Shown here piece after piece: positions 48,681-58,275 of a stretch of 64,000 nt of DNA (positions are counted from its first letter, which is position 1; each line of letters starts with the position of its first letter). The notes under the pieces are model-generated. The model was not told the DNA's origin. It made no database searches and saw only the letters and a program-made list of their open reading frames with translations. Origin of the DNA: Candidatus Krumholzibacteriia bacterium (lineage in GTDB: Bacteria > Krumholzibacteriota > Krumholzibacteriia > WVZY01); assembly GCA_046754105.1 (NCBI GenBank), contig JBHHVD010000003.1, positions 2,707 through 66,706 of the forward strand, given 5' to 3'. The position numbers and the translations under genes were made by a program.

Positions 48681-50616
48681 GAAAACGCCGCGGCGTGCCG
48701 CCCGGCGTGCCACTGAGCACGTTCCAGGGGGCGGGTCGAGGCGGCCCCCCCGGCGGCGCGGCTGGCTCGAAACCCCCGCTCGCCCGGCGCTGGTCGTCTT
48801 CCTGGTGGCCTTCGCGCTCTACGCGAATACGATCGGCCACGGTTTCGTTTGGGACGACGTCCCCATTATCGTCAAGAACGAAGCGATCCGCACTCTGGAC
48901 GCGCCAACCGTCAAGAATATCTTCACGCAGGAGTTCGTGACGGCACCCCACCGCAAGGGCGGGTATTACCGGCCGCTGGTGACACTTTCCTACCACGTCG
49001 ACTACAAGTTATCAGGCGCAAGCCCGGTGGGCTTTCACGTGACGAACGTGCTCTTGAACGCCGTGGTCTGCGTGCTCGTATTTCTCTTCCTGTGGCTTCT
49101 TTTCCGGCACACCGGCATCGCGTTCGTAAGCGCACTGCTCTTTGCCGTGCACCCGGCCCACACGGAAAACGTCGCGTGGGTCGCGGGGCGGACGGACGTC
49201 CTGGCCACGTTGTGGATGCTCGTATCGCTCATTTGCTATGTGGTGTTCAGGAGACGCGGAAGAAAGGCGGTGCTGGCCGTCTCGCTCGTCGCGTTTTGCC
49301 TGGCCCTGCTGTCCAAGGAACTCGCAGCGTGCCTGGTGCCCGTGGTGGCACTGTTGGAGCTGGGGGTGTTTCCACGTCTGGCCGCGTACCGGCCCGGGAA
49401 GGTCGACGGGGCTCGTGGCACCCGCGGGGCGTTGGTTCCGCCCCTTCTCTTCGCCATCGTACTCGCGTTCTACCTCCTGGCGCGTCATGCGGCCATCGGG
49501 ACCTTCACCACGGAGCATTCGCCGGTCGCTCCCGGCGCCGCCGGCCGGATTGCGTTGCCCCTCGCCGTCCTCGCCGGGTACGTCTTCAAAGTTTTCTTTC
49601 CCGCTCGGCTCAACGCCGAGTGGGATGTGCCCGTACCCGAATCCCTCGCCCAACCGTACGTCATCCTGGGCACCGTCTCGCTGGCGCTCCTCGTCTGGAG
49701 CGTCCGTCGCCTCCGTCACCGGCCGGCCGTCGTCCTCGGCACCGGCATATTTCTGGTTGGGATCGGTCCGGTACTGCACCTGATACCCATCGGCGAGATC
49801 TCGGCCGATCGTTTTCTTTATTTTCCATCGCTGGGCGCGGCGCTCGTACTCGGTTGGGTGTTTACGGGGACGCTCTCACAGCGCCACGCCGCCTTTGGCC
49901 CGCCGGCCGGAGAGCTTCGGTCATCGCGCTCCCTCCGCGGACCGCTGGCGCTGCTGCTTGCGGCCGCCCTCGCCGCCGGTGCGGCACGCACCGTCACCCG
50001 CAACGGGGACTGGAAGAACAACACGGTCTTCTACGCCAGGACCGTGGCCCAGGCACCGGAGAATCCGCGGGCGCACGTAAACGTCGGCAACCTGGCCCGC
50101 GAGAACGGCGATGCCCGGGCGGCCGCGCTGGCCTACGCCACCGCCATCCGCCTCGATCCCAATCACGCCGAGGCGCTCAACAACCTGGCGGGCATCTATG
50201 CGAGCCGTGGGCAGTACGACGAGGCCGTCCCGCTCATGGAACGCGCGCTGCAATCGTGGGCGGACAACGCGCCGCTCCATATCAACCTGGGTTCGATTTA
50301 TCTACTGAGAAAAGAGTACGCAAAAGCCGAGCAGCGCCTCGACGAGGCGCTTGCCATCGACCCCGGCGACTCCCGCGCGCACTTCGTGCTCGGCCTGGTA
50401 CTGGTCGAACAGGAAAAATTCGGGCCCGCGCGCCCGCACTTCCGGCGGGCCGCCGACGGCGGGCCGGAGTTCCACAAAGCCTACTATCACCTGGCCGTGA
50501 TCGAGAAAGCGCTTGGGAATGCCGGCCTTGCCGGGCGTTATGCGCGGCGCTTCCTGGCCGCCTACACCGCCGACGACGACCTGCGCAGGACGGCCCGGGC
50601 GATCGCCGGCGAGTGA
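48637..50616 (+). CDS. TMTC-like membrane protein (DUF1736 / PMT-type GT-C fold) with C-terminal TPR repeats
   Basis: Region HGFVWDDVPIIVKNEAIR...YYRPLVTLSYHVDYKL...GFHVTNVLLNAVV matches DUF1736/TMTC, with at least 8 TM segments. Three or more C-terminal TPRs (AYATAIRLDPNHAEALNNLAGIY...). The start is uncertain and overlaps the radical SAM 3' end. Confidence 0.6.
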   Translation: MTPKPRRPDGSQADKKTPRRAARRATEHVPGGGSRRPPRRRGWLETPARPALVVFLVAFALYANTIGHGFVWDDVPIIVKNEAIRTLDAPTVKNIFTQEFVTAPHRKGGYYRPLVTLSYHVDYKLSGASPVGFHVTNVLLNAVVCVLVFLFLWLLFRHTGIAFVSALLFAVHPAHTENVAWVAGRTDVLATLWMLVSLICYVVFRRRGRKAVLAVSLVAFCLALLSKELAACLVPVVALLELGVFPRLAAYRPGKVDGARGTRGALVPPLLFAIVLAFYLLARHAAIGTFTTEHSPVAPGAAGRIALPLAVLAGYVFKVFFPARLNAEWDVPVPESLAQPYVILGTVSLALLVWSVRRLRHRPAVVLGTGIFLVGIGPVLHLIPIGEISADRFLYFPSLGAALVLGWVFTGTLSQRHAAFGPPAGELRSSRSLRGPLALLLAAALAAGAARTVTRNGDWKNNTVFYARTVAQAPENPRAHVNVGNLARENGDARAAALAYATAIRLDPNHAEALNNLAGIYASRGQYDEAVPLMERALQSWADNAPLHINLGSIYLLRKEYAKAEQRLDEALAIDPGDSRAHFVLGLVLVEQEKFGPARPHFRRAADGGPEFHKAYYHLAVIEKALGNAGLAGRYARRFLAAYTADDDLRRTARAIAGE

Positions 50617-50737
50617 CGGCAGGGCGGTCGCCGGTTGACTGTGGTATCCTCAAATGGAACGGTCGCGCGCTTGCACCCTGCCCGCGCAAGCTGATGCTCT
50701 GAACAAGCACGGCCTCTCGCTCGAGGTAACATGATCG

Positions 50738-51658
50738 ATGCCCATTAATAAGGATTCCGTCTGCATTATCGGTGTGCCCATCGATCTTGGCGCCGGTCGC
50801 CGCGGTGTCGATATGGGACCGTCCGCCATCCGTATCGCGGGCATCGAACCGCGGCTCGAGAAACTCGGCTTCGCCATCGAAGACTGCGGTGACCTGGGTG
50901 TCGCGATCCCCGAGGTACAGCAGGTGGGCCACGGAAACCTGCGGTTCAAAGAGCCGATTCTCACTACCTGCCGCCAGTTGATGGATGCGGTGCGGGGCGG
51001 CCTCGAACGAAACCGTTTTCCGCTGGTGTTGGGCGGCGACCACAGCCTGGCCATCGGCTCGGTTGCGGGTTCGTCCGGGTATTTCGCCAAGAAGGGCCAG
51101 CCGCTCGGTCTCATCTGGTTCGACGCCCACGGCGACTTCAACACGCCGCAGACGACCCCGTCCGGGAACATCCACGGCATGTCGCTGGCCGTATCGGCGG
51201 GACTGGGAGACGACGAGCTCGTCAACCTCGGTGGCCGCACGCCGAAAGTCGACCGCGCCAAAACGGTCATCATCGGCGTCCGCGATATCGACGAGCAGGA
51301 GAAGGCCAATATCAAGGGCGCGGGGGTTACGGTGTATACGATGCGAGACCTAGACGAACGAGGCCTGCGGCGGGTCTTCGAAGAAGCCATCGAGATCGCG
51401 GGCACCGGCACCGCGGGAGTCCACCTCTCTTTCGATCTCGACGTCCTCGACCCGCAGGTGGCCCCGGGCACGGGGACACCGGTCCGTGGAGGCGTGTCCT
51501 ACCGCGAAGCGCATCTGGCGATGGAGATGCTCGGCGATCACGCCAACGTCGTTTCGATGGACATGGTCGAGGTCAATCCCGTCCTCGACATCCAGAACCA
51601 GACGGCGTTGCTCGGTGTCGAACTCGTCCTCAGTCTGATGGGAAAACGGATCCTGTAG
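50738..51658 (+). CDS. rocF: Arginase (ureohydrolase family)
   Basis: Manganese-ligand motifs GGDHSLAIG, FDAHGDFN and SFDLDVLDP. Confidence 0.9.
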   Translation: MPINKDSVCIIGVPIDLGAGRRGVDMGPSAIRIAGIEPRLEKLGFAIEDCGDLGVAIPEVQQVGHGNLRFKEPILTTCRQLMDAVRGGLERNRFPLVLGGDHSLAIGSVAGSSGYFAKKGQPLGLIWFDAHGDFNTPQTTPSGNIHGMSLAVSAGLGDDELVNLGGRTPKVDRAKTVIIGVRDIDEQEKANIKGAGVTVYTMRDLDERGLRRVFEEAIEIAGTGTAGVHLSFDLDVLDPQVAPGTGTPVRGGVSYREAHLAMEMLGDHANVVSMDMVEVNPVLDIQNQTALLGVELVLSLMGKRIL

Positions 51659-51955
51659 ACGGACATCAGCCAACGTCTGATTGACCTGCCCCGTTTCATG
51701 TTGTAAACTAAACCATCACGGTTTCGGCGATGCGTGTCGCCGTTACCGGTTGTTGGCCTGCCCGTAATGATTCTGCATGACTGATACTGTTACTGTACGT
51801 CCCCGGTTCGCCTGGTCCGCGGTTTGGCGTCGCGAATAGAGTGGCTCCGGCGGGCGCCTCGATAGAGGAGGACGGTTATGGGTAGCCTCGACACGTACTT
51901 GCGATGTCCGACATATCAATCACGGCCCGCCCGCCGGGGGTCTCTTTCCCGGTCG

Positions 51956-53476
51956 ATGTTCTGGCAGTCTATTTCTCTGATCGCGATGGTGGTGCTGCTT
52001 TGCCAGTGTGGCGGTGACGACCCGCCGGTCGGCCCCGCGGGACAAGAGCAGATCGTGTTGTCGAAGGCGACCGTCGACTTCGCCACGTCGCACAGTGCCG
52101 GAGACCCCGCACCGCAAACGGTGACCGTTTCGAACGGGGCTTCGGGAAGCCTCACCGGACTCGCCGCGACGGTGACGTACGGCGGCGTTGGCGGATGGTT
52201 GACGGCGACCTTTGACCGTACAACAGCGCCGGCGGAGCTAACGCTCCAGGCGCAGGTTGCGAGCACCCCGAACGGGAGCCACACCGCCACCGTGTCGATA
52301 TCATCAGGGGTGGCAGCGAACAGCCCACAGGCGGTCAGCGTGACCTGTTTCATCGCCGCGGATTCGCCGCGCATCGTGCTGTCCACTCAACAAGTCATAT
52401 TCAACGCACCCGTTGGCGGACCGGATCCCCTCGCACAAACGCTCGATGTAACGAATGGCGGAGACCTGCCACTCGGGGGGCTTGCCGTGCATGTGGAGTA
52501 CGGGGGGCTGGGTGGATGGTTGTCCGCCGCGTTGCATTCAACCACCGCCCCGGCAACCATTACGCTACAGGCGACGGCGGGCACACTCCCGGCAGGTGTC
52601 CATTCCGCATTCGTTATTGTGTCTTCACCGGACGCGCCGAACGCGATTGCTACCGCATCGTTCAACGTCGGGCAAGGGTCGGGTCCCCTGATCGCACTGT
52701 CATTGACGGAAACGACGATCGTCGGGAGGATGGGGAACCCGGATCCGCCGCCGTGGTGGGTGACGGTGATGAATAGCGGTACGGGAAGTGTGACGGAATT
52801 GAGTACGAGTATCGCCTACGACCCCGGTCAACCGACCGGCTGGTTGACCGCGACGTTCGAACCGGGGACGACCGCTCCTACAAACCTGAAATTGCAGGGG
52901 TCCCTGGCAGGTCTGAGCTCGGGGCAGTATGGTGCCACGGTATCCGTGTCCTCTCCCGTGGCGGACAACAGCCCCCAGGATGTAGGTGTGACGTTCGAGG
53001 TCCTCGATCCGCCGAGGCGCATCACGCTCACGAATCAGATGTCGCAGAGCCTCAGCATTCACGACGTCGTGCAATTCAAGGTCGCACAACCGGAAGCCGG
53101 TCTTTACGTGCTAAGCGACTCGCTGACCGACGACCCCGCGCGGTGCCTGGCCGCACCCGGAGAGAGCATCTTTCCCGGTGATTCCAGAACGTTTCGCATC
53201 CCGTTCCGGGGCACTTACCATGTGTTTATCGGGATCGGCGCGTGGAACCACGATCCGGTCGGTTGCACACCCCCGAACCTGTGGTTCAAGAGGCGATATT
53301 TCACAACGCCCGGACCGAAGGACTGGTTTGTATGGGCCGTGGTGCCGGTGACCACCCACGTCGGCGAGTGGAACTGGATGATCTCGGGCTCGTACGAGGA
53401 TGGCTCGCTGGTTGTAACCCCGGACGGCGGTACGCCGATCACCTTCAACGTCGGCGAGGTGGACCCGATTCCTTAG
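51956..53476 (+). CDS. Lipoprotein with four tandem ~90-aa Ig-like/BACON-like repeats and a distinct C-terminal domain
   Basis: Start at MFWQSISLIAMVVLLCQCGG (lipobox). The repeat pattern Q.V.V.N.G.G.L.GL...V.YGG.GGWL.A......TAPA..TLQA......G.H.A.V.VSS..A.NSPQ.V.V.F occurs four times. Confidence 0.55.
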   Translation: MFWQSISLIAMVVLLCQCGGDDPPVGPAGQEQIVLSKATVDFATSHSAGDPAPQTVTVSNGASGSLTGLAATVTYGGVGGWLTATFDRTTAPAELTLQAQVASTPNGSHTATVSISSGVAANSPQAVSVTCFIAADSPRIVLSTQQVIFNAPVGGPDPLAQTLDVTNGGDLPLGGLAVHVEYGGLGGWLSAALHSTTAPATITLQATAGTLPAGVHSAFVIVSSPDAPNAIATASFNVGQGSGPLIALSLTETTIVGRMGNPDPPPWWVTVMNSGTGSVTELSTSIAYDPGQPTGWLTATFEPGTTAPTNLKLQGSLAGLSSGQYGATVSVSSPVADNSPQDVGVTFEVLDPPRRITLTNQMSQSLSIHDVVQFKVAQPEAGLYVLSDSLTDDPARCLAAPGESIFPGDSRTFRIPFRGTYHVFIGIGAWNHDPVGCTPPNLWFKRRYFTTPGPKDWFVWAVVPVTTHVGEWNWMISGSYEDGSLVVTPDGGTPITFNVGEVDPIP

Positions 53477-53491
53477 CCGTGGGAAATGTTT

Positions 53492-54388
53492 TCACCGCAG
53501 GCACCAGTGGCGGACTCCCTGGGTCTCCAGGAACTCCTCGGCGCCCTCCCCGTGCAGCATGGCGAGTGTGGCCAGCAGTCCCGCCTCCGTGCAGCATTCC
53601 GCGGCCACCGTTACAGAGCGCGGGGCTCTTATCACCGGCCAACCCGTTCGCGGATCGAGTACGTGCGAGTAGCGCACACCGTCTTTCAAGATGAAACGTG
53701 CCGCATCCCCGCTCGTCGCCACGCCCCCGCGCCGAAGCTCGAGGATGCCCGTTGCGTCCAGCGGCACATTGGGGTTTTCGATGCCGACCTGCCAGGGCTT
53801 GCCGTTTGGGCGCAGGCCGCTCACAAACAGGTCGCCCCCGAAGTTCACGAGCGTGCTCGACGCCGTCTCCGCCCTCAGCAGGCCCGCCACGCGGTCGACG
53901 GCGTATTCCTTGCCGATGCCGCCGAGGTCGATTTCCATCCCCGCGGGCAGCTCGAACCACGGCCTCGTCCAGCGGCTCTTCTCCCAACCGACGAATCGGA
54001 GCTGCTTTTTGACCTTTGCCTTCGAGGGCACGCGGTCACTACCGTCGAACTTCCACACGTTCCTCAGCACGCCGGAGGTGACGTCGAATCGGCCGTCGCT
54101 CAGGTCGTAGCACTTCTGCGCGAAATCGAGAAGGCCGGCGAGCTCATCATCTACGCGCACCGGCCTGCCGACTGCATTGTTTATCTTGTAGATGATGTTG
54201 TCGTCGCGGTAGCGGCTGAACTTTCGCTCGATGCGGAAGGCTTCCGGCGCCGCGATATCCAGCAGGCGCCGGGCCTCTTGCCGGTCCGGCACGGCCATGA
54301 GCACTTCGCAGGGGCTGGCCATGGCCATAAAGGTGCCGGACCAGTGGTCCCCCTTTTGCTCGAGACACGTGTCACCGGCCGCGGACAT
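53492..54388 (-). CDS. apbE: FAD:protein FMN transferase (ApbE family)
   Basis: Motifs FMAMASPCEVL, SEISRINN-like (SRYRDDNIIYKIN) and LGGIGKEYAVD, with a C-terminal Mg/FAD-binding region. Confidence 0.9.
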   Translation of the reverse strand: MSAAGDTCLEQKGDHWSGTFMAMASPCEVLMAVPDRQEARRLLDIAAPEAFRIERKFSRYRDDNIIYKINNAVGRPVRVDDELAGLLDFAQKCYDLSDGRFDVTSGVLRNVWKFDGSDRVPSKAKVKKQLRFVGWEKSRWTRPWFELPAGMEIDLGGIGKEYAVDRVAGLLRAETASSTLVNFGGDLFVSGLRPNGKPWQVGIENPNVPLDATGILELRRGGVATSGDAARFILKDGVRYSHVLDPRTGWPVIRAPRSVTVAAECCTEAGLLATLAMLHGEGAEEFLETQGVRHWCLR

Positions 54389-54397
54389 GGGCTGGAC

Positions 54398-55663
54398 TTA
54401 CCAGGTGAACGAATAACTGACTTGAGTGATAAGGGCGTTCAACGACGGGTACAGATCCTGGCCCCGCTGCAGACCGATGGCGTCGGGTGGGCTGCTGTCG
54501 CCGATTTGCAGGTAGTACTCCCCACGGAAGCCGATCTTGTGCCCGTTCGCCAGCGTACGCGTGTACTTCACACCGGTCGTCCACGCGTCGAACTCGCCGA
54601 GCCGCGGATCGGCGCTGGCGAAGGCCGGCGTCGCCGCTCCCTGAACGAGACTGTGGCGGTAGAAATCCGCCGCGGACTGGTGGTAGTACCGAACGTGAGG
54701 AATGAGGTAGTTGCCCGGCCCGAGCTGCCAGGCGTAGTGGGTCTCCACGGTGTGCGAACGAACTCCCCAGTCGTCCCACAGATACCGATAGGAGAGATCC
54801 ACGATGTCGCGTGTTAGATGATGCTTCGCCTTGCCGTAGAGACTTTGTTTGGTGCGCGAATCCGGGCGCCGTTCGTAGACGTAATCCACCGTGGCGCCGG
54901 GGTTCGGCCCGGCGGCCCCGTCCACCACGCTCAGGAGTTTGAACGGATCGGTATGATAGCCGTCGGATTCCGTGAGCGAGTAGTTGATCTGCGCGAGCGT
55001 GGAGGGACTGACTATCTGGGTCAGGCCGAGCAGTACGTCGACCGTCGTCCGGCTCTTCGTCCCCGTCTCTCTGGGCTGCGCCGTCCCCGCCGGCTGCATC
55101 GAAGCGAAGGGTATCGGCGGGCCGCCCTCGGGGTCTATCTCGTCGTCGGATGCCGACACGCCGACGGAGAGCGTGCGGTTCCGTTTGCTGAAATCCCGCG
55201 TTACCGTGGCAGTGGCGCCGATGGACCGGTAATCGAATTCGTTCGAGCCCGTTACGCCCACGGAGACTCTGGACAGGCGCCCGAGCGGCAGTTCGACACT
55301 GGCGTCGGCCTCCACGCGGGAATCCTTGAATGTATCATCCAGCGGGTCTTCGCCGGGCTGAATCGTATAAGACCCGATGCCGGAAGGGCGGGTAAGTGTC
55401 TGTACGGCGTCGGTCCGCGTGGCACCACTCGGAGAGGCGCCGCTCAGCGCATCGTAGACGAGCTGCAGGTTGAAGAACTTGCCCTCGCCGATCGCGGTAC
55501 GTGCGTTGACCCGGGACTCGAGCGCGGTCACGCGATCGGATTCCGTATAGAAAAGCGCCGCGGTATCGATTTCGATGGGTGGAATCGCCTGCGCGTTCAC
55601 CCCGATCGCCGTACACGCGGCCGCCAGCGCGCTGCGAATGAACTTCGGGTCTCTGGCTTTCAT
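54398..55663 (-). CDS. DUF3570 domain outer-membrane beta-barrel protein
   Basis: 421 aa with a signal peptide and alternating beta-strand pattern. The C-terminus ends ...VSYSFTW (aromatic OMP terminus). Canonical neighbours DUF4266, ApbE and TlpA are present. Confidence 0.65.
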   Translation of the reverse strand: MKARDPKFIRSALAAACTAIGVNAQAIPPIEIDTAALFYTESDRVTALESRVNARTAIGEGKFFNLQLVYDALSGASPSGATRTDAVQTLTRPSGIGSYTIQPGEDPLDDTFKDSRVEADASVELPLGRLSRVSVGVTGSNEFDYRSIGATATVTRDFSKRNRTLSVGVSASDDEIDPEGGPPIPFASMQPAGTAQPRETGTKSRTTVDVLLGLTQIVSPSTLAQINYSLTESDGYHTDPFKLLSVVDGAAGPNPGATVDYVYERRPDSRTKQSLYGKAKHHLTRDIVDLSYRYLWDDWGVRSHTVETHYAWQLGPGNYLIPHVRYYHQSAADFYRHSLVQGAATPAFASADPRLGEFDAWTTGVKYTRTLANGHKIGFRGEYYLQIGDSSPPDAIGLQRGQDLYPSLNALITQVSYSFTW

Positions 55664-55771
55664 TTATCCGGGCCTCCGCCGGTCGGCCGGCCAAGCAGGT
55701 CATCAAATGTACTTGCTCGTTAATACTATCAATGAGGAGAGTTTCAAAGCCCTGAGCGTCGCGTGCGCGGC

Positions 55772-56017
55772 CTAGTTGCATCCACAACCGCCACCACCGA
55801 ACCCCGCGCCACCGCTCGAAGCTTCCTTGCTGAAGTAGATGTGCGCGTCGAAGGCAGAATCCAGCGGATCGGGGTCCAACTGCATCTGCTGTTTCGCCAG
55901 GAGATCGCGCTGCCACGGCTGCGCGCCCAGTGTCGAGCATCCCGTGACGGCGAAAAGAAAGAGCACCAGTATCGATGATTTAATCGTCGTCTTCCACCGC
56001 GGTCTGATTCGACCCAT
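55772..56017 (-). CDS. DUF4266 domain lipoprotein
   Basis: About 81 aa. Lipobox LFLFAVTGCS, conserved PWQRDLLAKQQMQLDPDPL, and a C-terminal GGAGFGGGGCGCN tail. Confidence 0.6.
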   Translation of the reverse strand: MGRIRPRWKTTIKSSILVLFLFAVTGCSTLGAQPWQRDLLAKQQMQLDPDPLDSAFDAHIYFSKEASSGGAGFGGGGCGCN

Positions 56018-56504
56018 TCTCGCTCGCCTCCCCGTGCAACAAGGCCTCGATGTCGGCTTCCATACCGGCCGATTCTTTCTCCACAAAACCCAGATGGTCG
56101 CTCACCAGGTGTCCCTCCCGGTCGTAGAGGAACGAACTTGGCATTGCTTCCAGTTCATACTTCTGCGCCAATTGGCCCTTCGTGTCATACACGACTTGAA
56201 ATCTGGCAGGCCGTTTCTTCAGAAACGCCTGCGCTGCGTTACGGTCGCGATCCACGTTCACGGCGATGATAACGAGTCCCTCGGCACTGTATTTTTCGTG
56301 CATCTCGTTCATCCACGGGAACGATTTCCGGCAGGGACCGCACCAGGAGGCCCAAAAATCCACCAGCACGACGGAACCCCGGTGGGACTCGAGGTGGAGA
56401 TCGTTACCAGGAACCACATCGGCGTGAACGGGCAAGACACTATGCCCGGCGGGCAGCAGCGCGACGATGAGCGCGAAGGACAATAAGCGTTGCACGGATG
56501 TCAT
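55980..56504 (-). CDS. TlpA-family thiol-disulfide oxidoreductase (thioredoxin fold)
   Basis: WCGPC active site. Start at MTSVQRLLSFALIVALLPAGHS with GGAGG 7 nt upstream. Confidence 0.8.
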   Translation of the reverse strand: MTSVQRLLSFALIVALLPAGHSVLPVHADVVPGNDLHLESHRGSVVLVDFWASWCGPCRKSFPWMNEMHEKYSAEGLVIIAVNVDRDRNAAQAFLKKRPARFQVVYDTKGQLAQKYELEAMPSSFLYDREGHLVSDHLGFVEKESAGMEADIEALLHGEASENGSNQTAVEDDD

Positions 56505-56997
56505 GATTTTCCTCCACGGAATGAGGCTGTGCCATAAAGCAAAGAAGCATTGACCCCCATCGGTCGTCCGAGCGTGGCAGCCATTACACCGAGCGCGAAC
56601 GTTTCGGCAAAGTTTTCCGATAGCCAAGGGCCTCTTGCCGGGCAAAACTGCTGTAAAGATACTAATCGCAAGAATTTTCCGCAACCTCTAATAATAGCGT
56701 ATGCCGTGTTACGCGCCGGCGTCACCAGGGGCGCAGTACAACGGGCCGCGGTAGACGAACACCCGATCGACTCCCGATCCGAGCGTGTCGGCGGGATGTG
56801 CGGCGCACTCGGTTGAAAGGTTTTGAAGGCCACTCCGACTATACGCTCGTGCCTTGCCGGCAGGAGCCGGTAGAACCCATCGCGAGCCTTTGGCATTGAT
56901 TCGGCTAGCGAAAAGATGTATAAAATGACGTCACTCATTTGCAAGGCCGCTCTCTCGAGCGAGCGCTAACCTGAATTTTACCCAGGATGTACAGACC

Positions 56998-58275
56998 ATG
57001 TTGAGGAGTATCCGGACAGGCGTGGCCCTTGCCGTCATACTGACGGCGCAGCCGCTTGTTTTCTCTCGGCCGCTCGCCGTTGCCCAGGGAACGGCACCGC
57101 GCCGCGCCGACCTTCTCCGGGACGAACGAAGGGCGAAGGCGGCTGCGGTTAGAGAACCAGAGAGAGCGACCACAGAGAAGCTCATCATCGGTTTGAACAA
57201 CGTCGTGGGTTTCGCTGGCAAACTACGGGGTGGCCTGGCGGGTTTCCATTTCGCCACCGGAGATTTCCCTTCCGGAGCGGGGTTTGCCTACGGCCTGGGC
57301 TTCACCGACCTGGCGGTCGGTTCGCTGTACGAAGACGCGGACCTCAGCAACCGCCTCGACGTCGACGCGCAGGTCGCATTCAGCACCGCCAGTTATTTCC
57401 GCGGGCGGACGGAGGTGGCGTTGCGAAACATCCGCGGCGCACCGTTCCACGTGTCTCTAATGGGCCAGTACTACGAATACGCCGAGGAGGACTTCTTCGG
57501 ATTTGGCCTCGATGCGACTCGGGAGAGCGACCGTACGAGTTATCGGCTAGACGCCTGGGAAGTCGGCGGCGATTTCCAGTGGGAACCGGAGAGCTGGCTC
57601 CACTTCGGCGGGGGCGCCGCCTTTTTGAGCCCGCGCGTTCGCAGCGGAGAGGATGATTTATATCCATCGACGGAGGAGGTGTTCGCTCCCGCCACCCTTC
57701 CCGGCTTCAGCGCGGAGCCCGACTTCGTCCGCATAGACGGCTGGCTGCGGGTCGATCGCCGCGACAACCCCTCGTACACCCGGGCCGGCAGCTTCGCCGG
57801 TGCGAAGGTATCGGTTTACGAGGACCGGGACCTTGGGGCTTTCGACTTTCGCCGTTTCGAGTTCGAGGCCCAGCAGTATATTCCGTGGTTGCAAGAACAC
57901 CGCGTCCTGGCCCTGCGAGCGAATGCCGTGATTACCGACACCAACTCGGGTAGCGACGTGCCGTTCTACTTCATGCCGACACTGGGCGGGTCCAGCGTGC
58001 TTCGCGGATTTCGCGAGTCCCGCTTCCGCGAGCGGAACAGCATCCTCTTCGGCGCCGAATACCGCTGGGAGGCCTGGTGGGCGCTGGATATGGCCCTGTT
58101 TGTCGATTCCGGCAAGGTCGCCTCCGACAAGAGCGACCTGGACTTCGATAACCTCCAAAACTCCTGGGGCCTCGGATTTCGCTTTCATAAATTTGATGCT
58201 TTCGTTCTGCGGCTCGATCTGGCCATCAGCCGTGAAGGATTCATTCCATTCCTGAGGTACAAAAGTGCTTTCTGA
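56998..58275 (+). CDS. Omp85-family (bacterial surface antigen / BamA-TamA-like) outer-membrane beta-barrel protein, short form
   Basis: 425 aa with a signal peptide. The C-terminal region YFMPTLGGSSVLRGFRESRF...ILFGAEYRWE...LFVDSGKV...WGLGFRF...LRLDLAI matches Bac_surface_Ag. Terminal aromatic F. Confidence 0.6.
   Translation: MLRSIRTGVALAVILTAQPLVFSRPLAVAQGTAPRRADLLRDERRAKAAAVREPERATTEKLIIGLNNVVGFAGKLRGGLAGFHFATGDFPSGAGFAYGLGFTDLAVGSLYEDADLSNRLDVDAQVAFSTASYFRGRTEVALRNIRGAPFHVSLMGQYYEYAEEDFFGFGLDATRESDRTSYRLDAWEVGGDFQWEPESWLHFGGGAAFLSPRVRSGEDDLYPSTEEVFAPATLPGFSAEPDFVRIDGWLRVDRRDNPSYTRAGSFAGAKVSVYEDRDLGAFDFRRFEFEAQQYIPWLQEHRVLALRANAVITDTNSGSDVPFYFMPTLGGSSVLRGFRESRFRERNSILFGAEYRWEAWWALDMALFVDSGKVASDKSDLDFDNLQNSWGLGFRFHKFDAFVLRLDLAISREGFIPFLRYKSAF

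Noticed and set aside
48849-50702. 617-aa plus-strand ORF in an alternative frame of the TMTC-like gene
   Set aside because: The TMTC-like frame (48637-50616) has coherent TM plus TPR architecture. This frame yields Arg/Gly/Pro-rich sequence.
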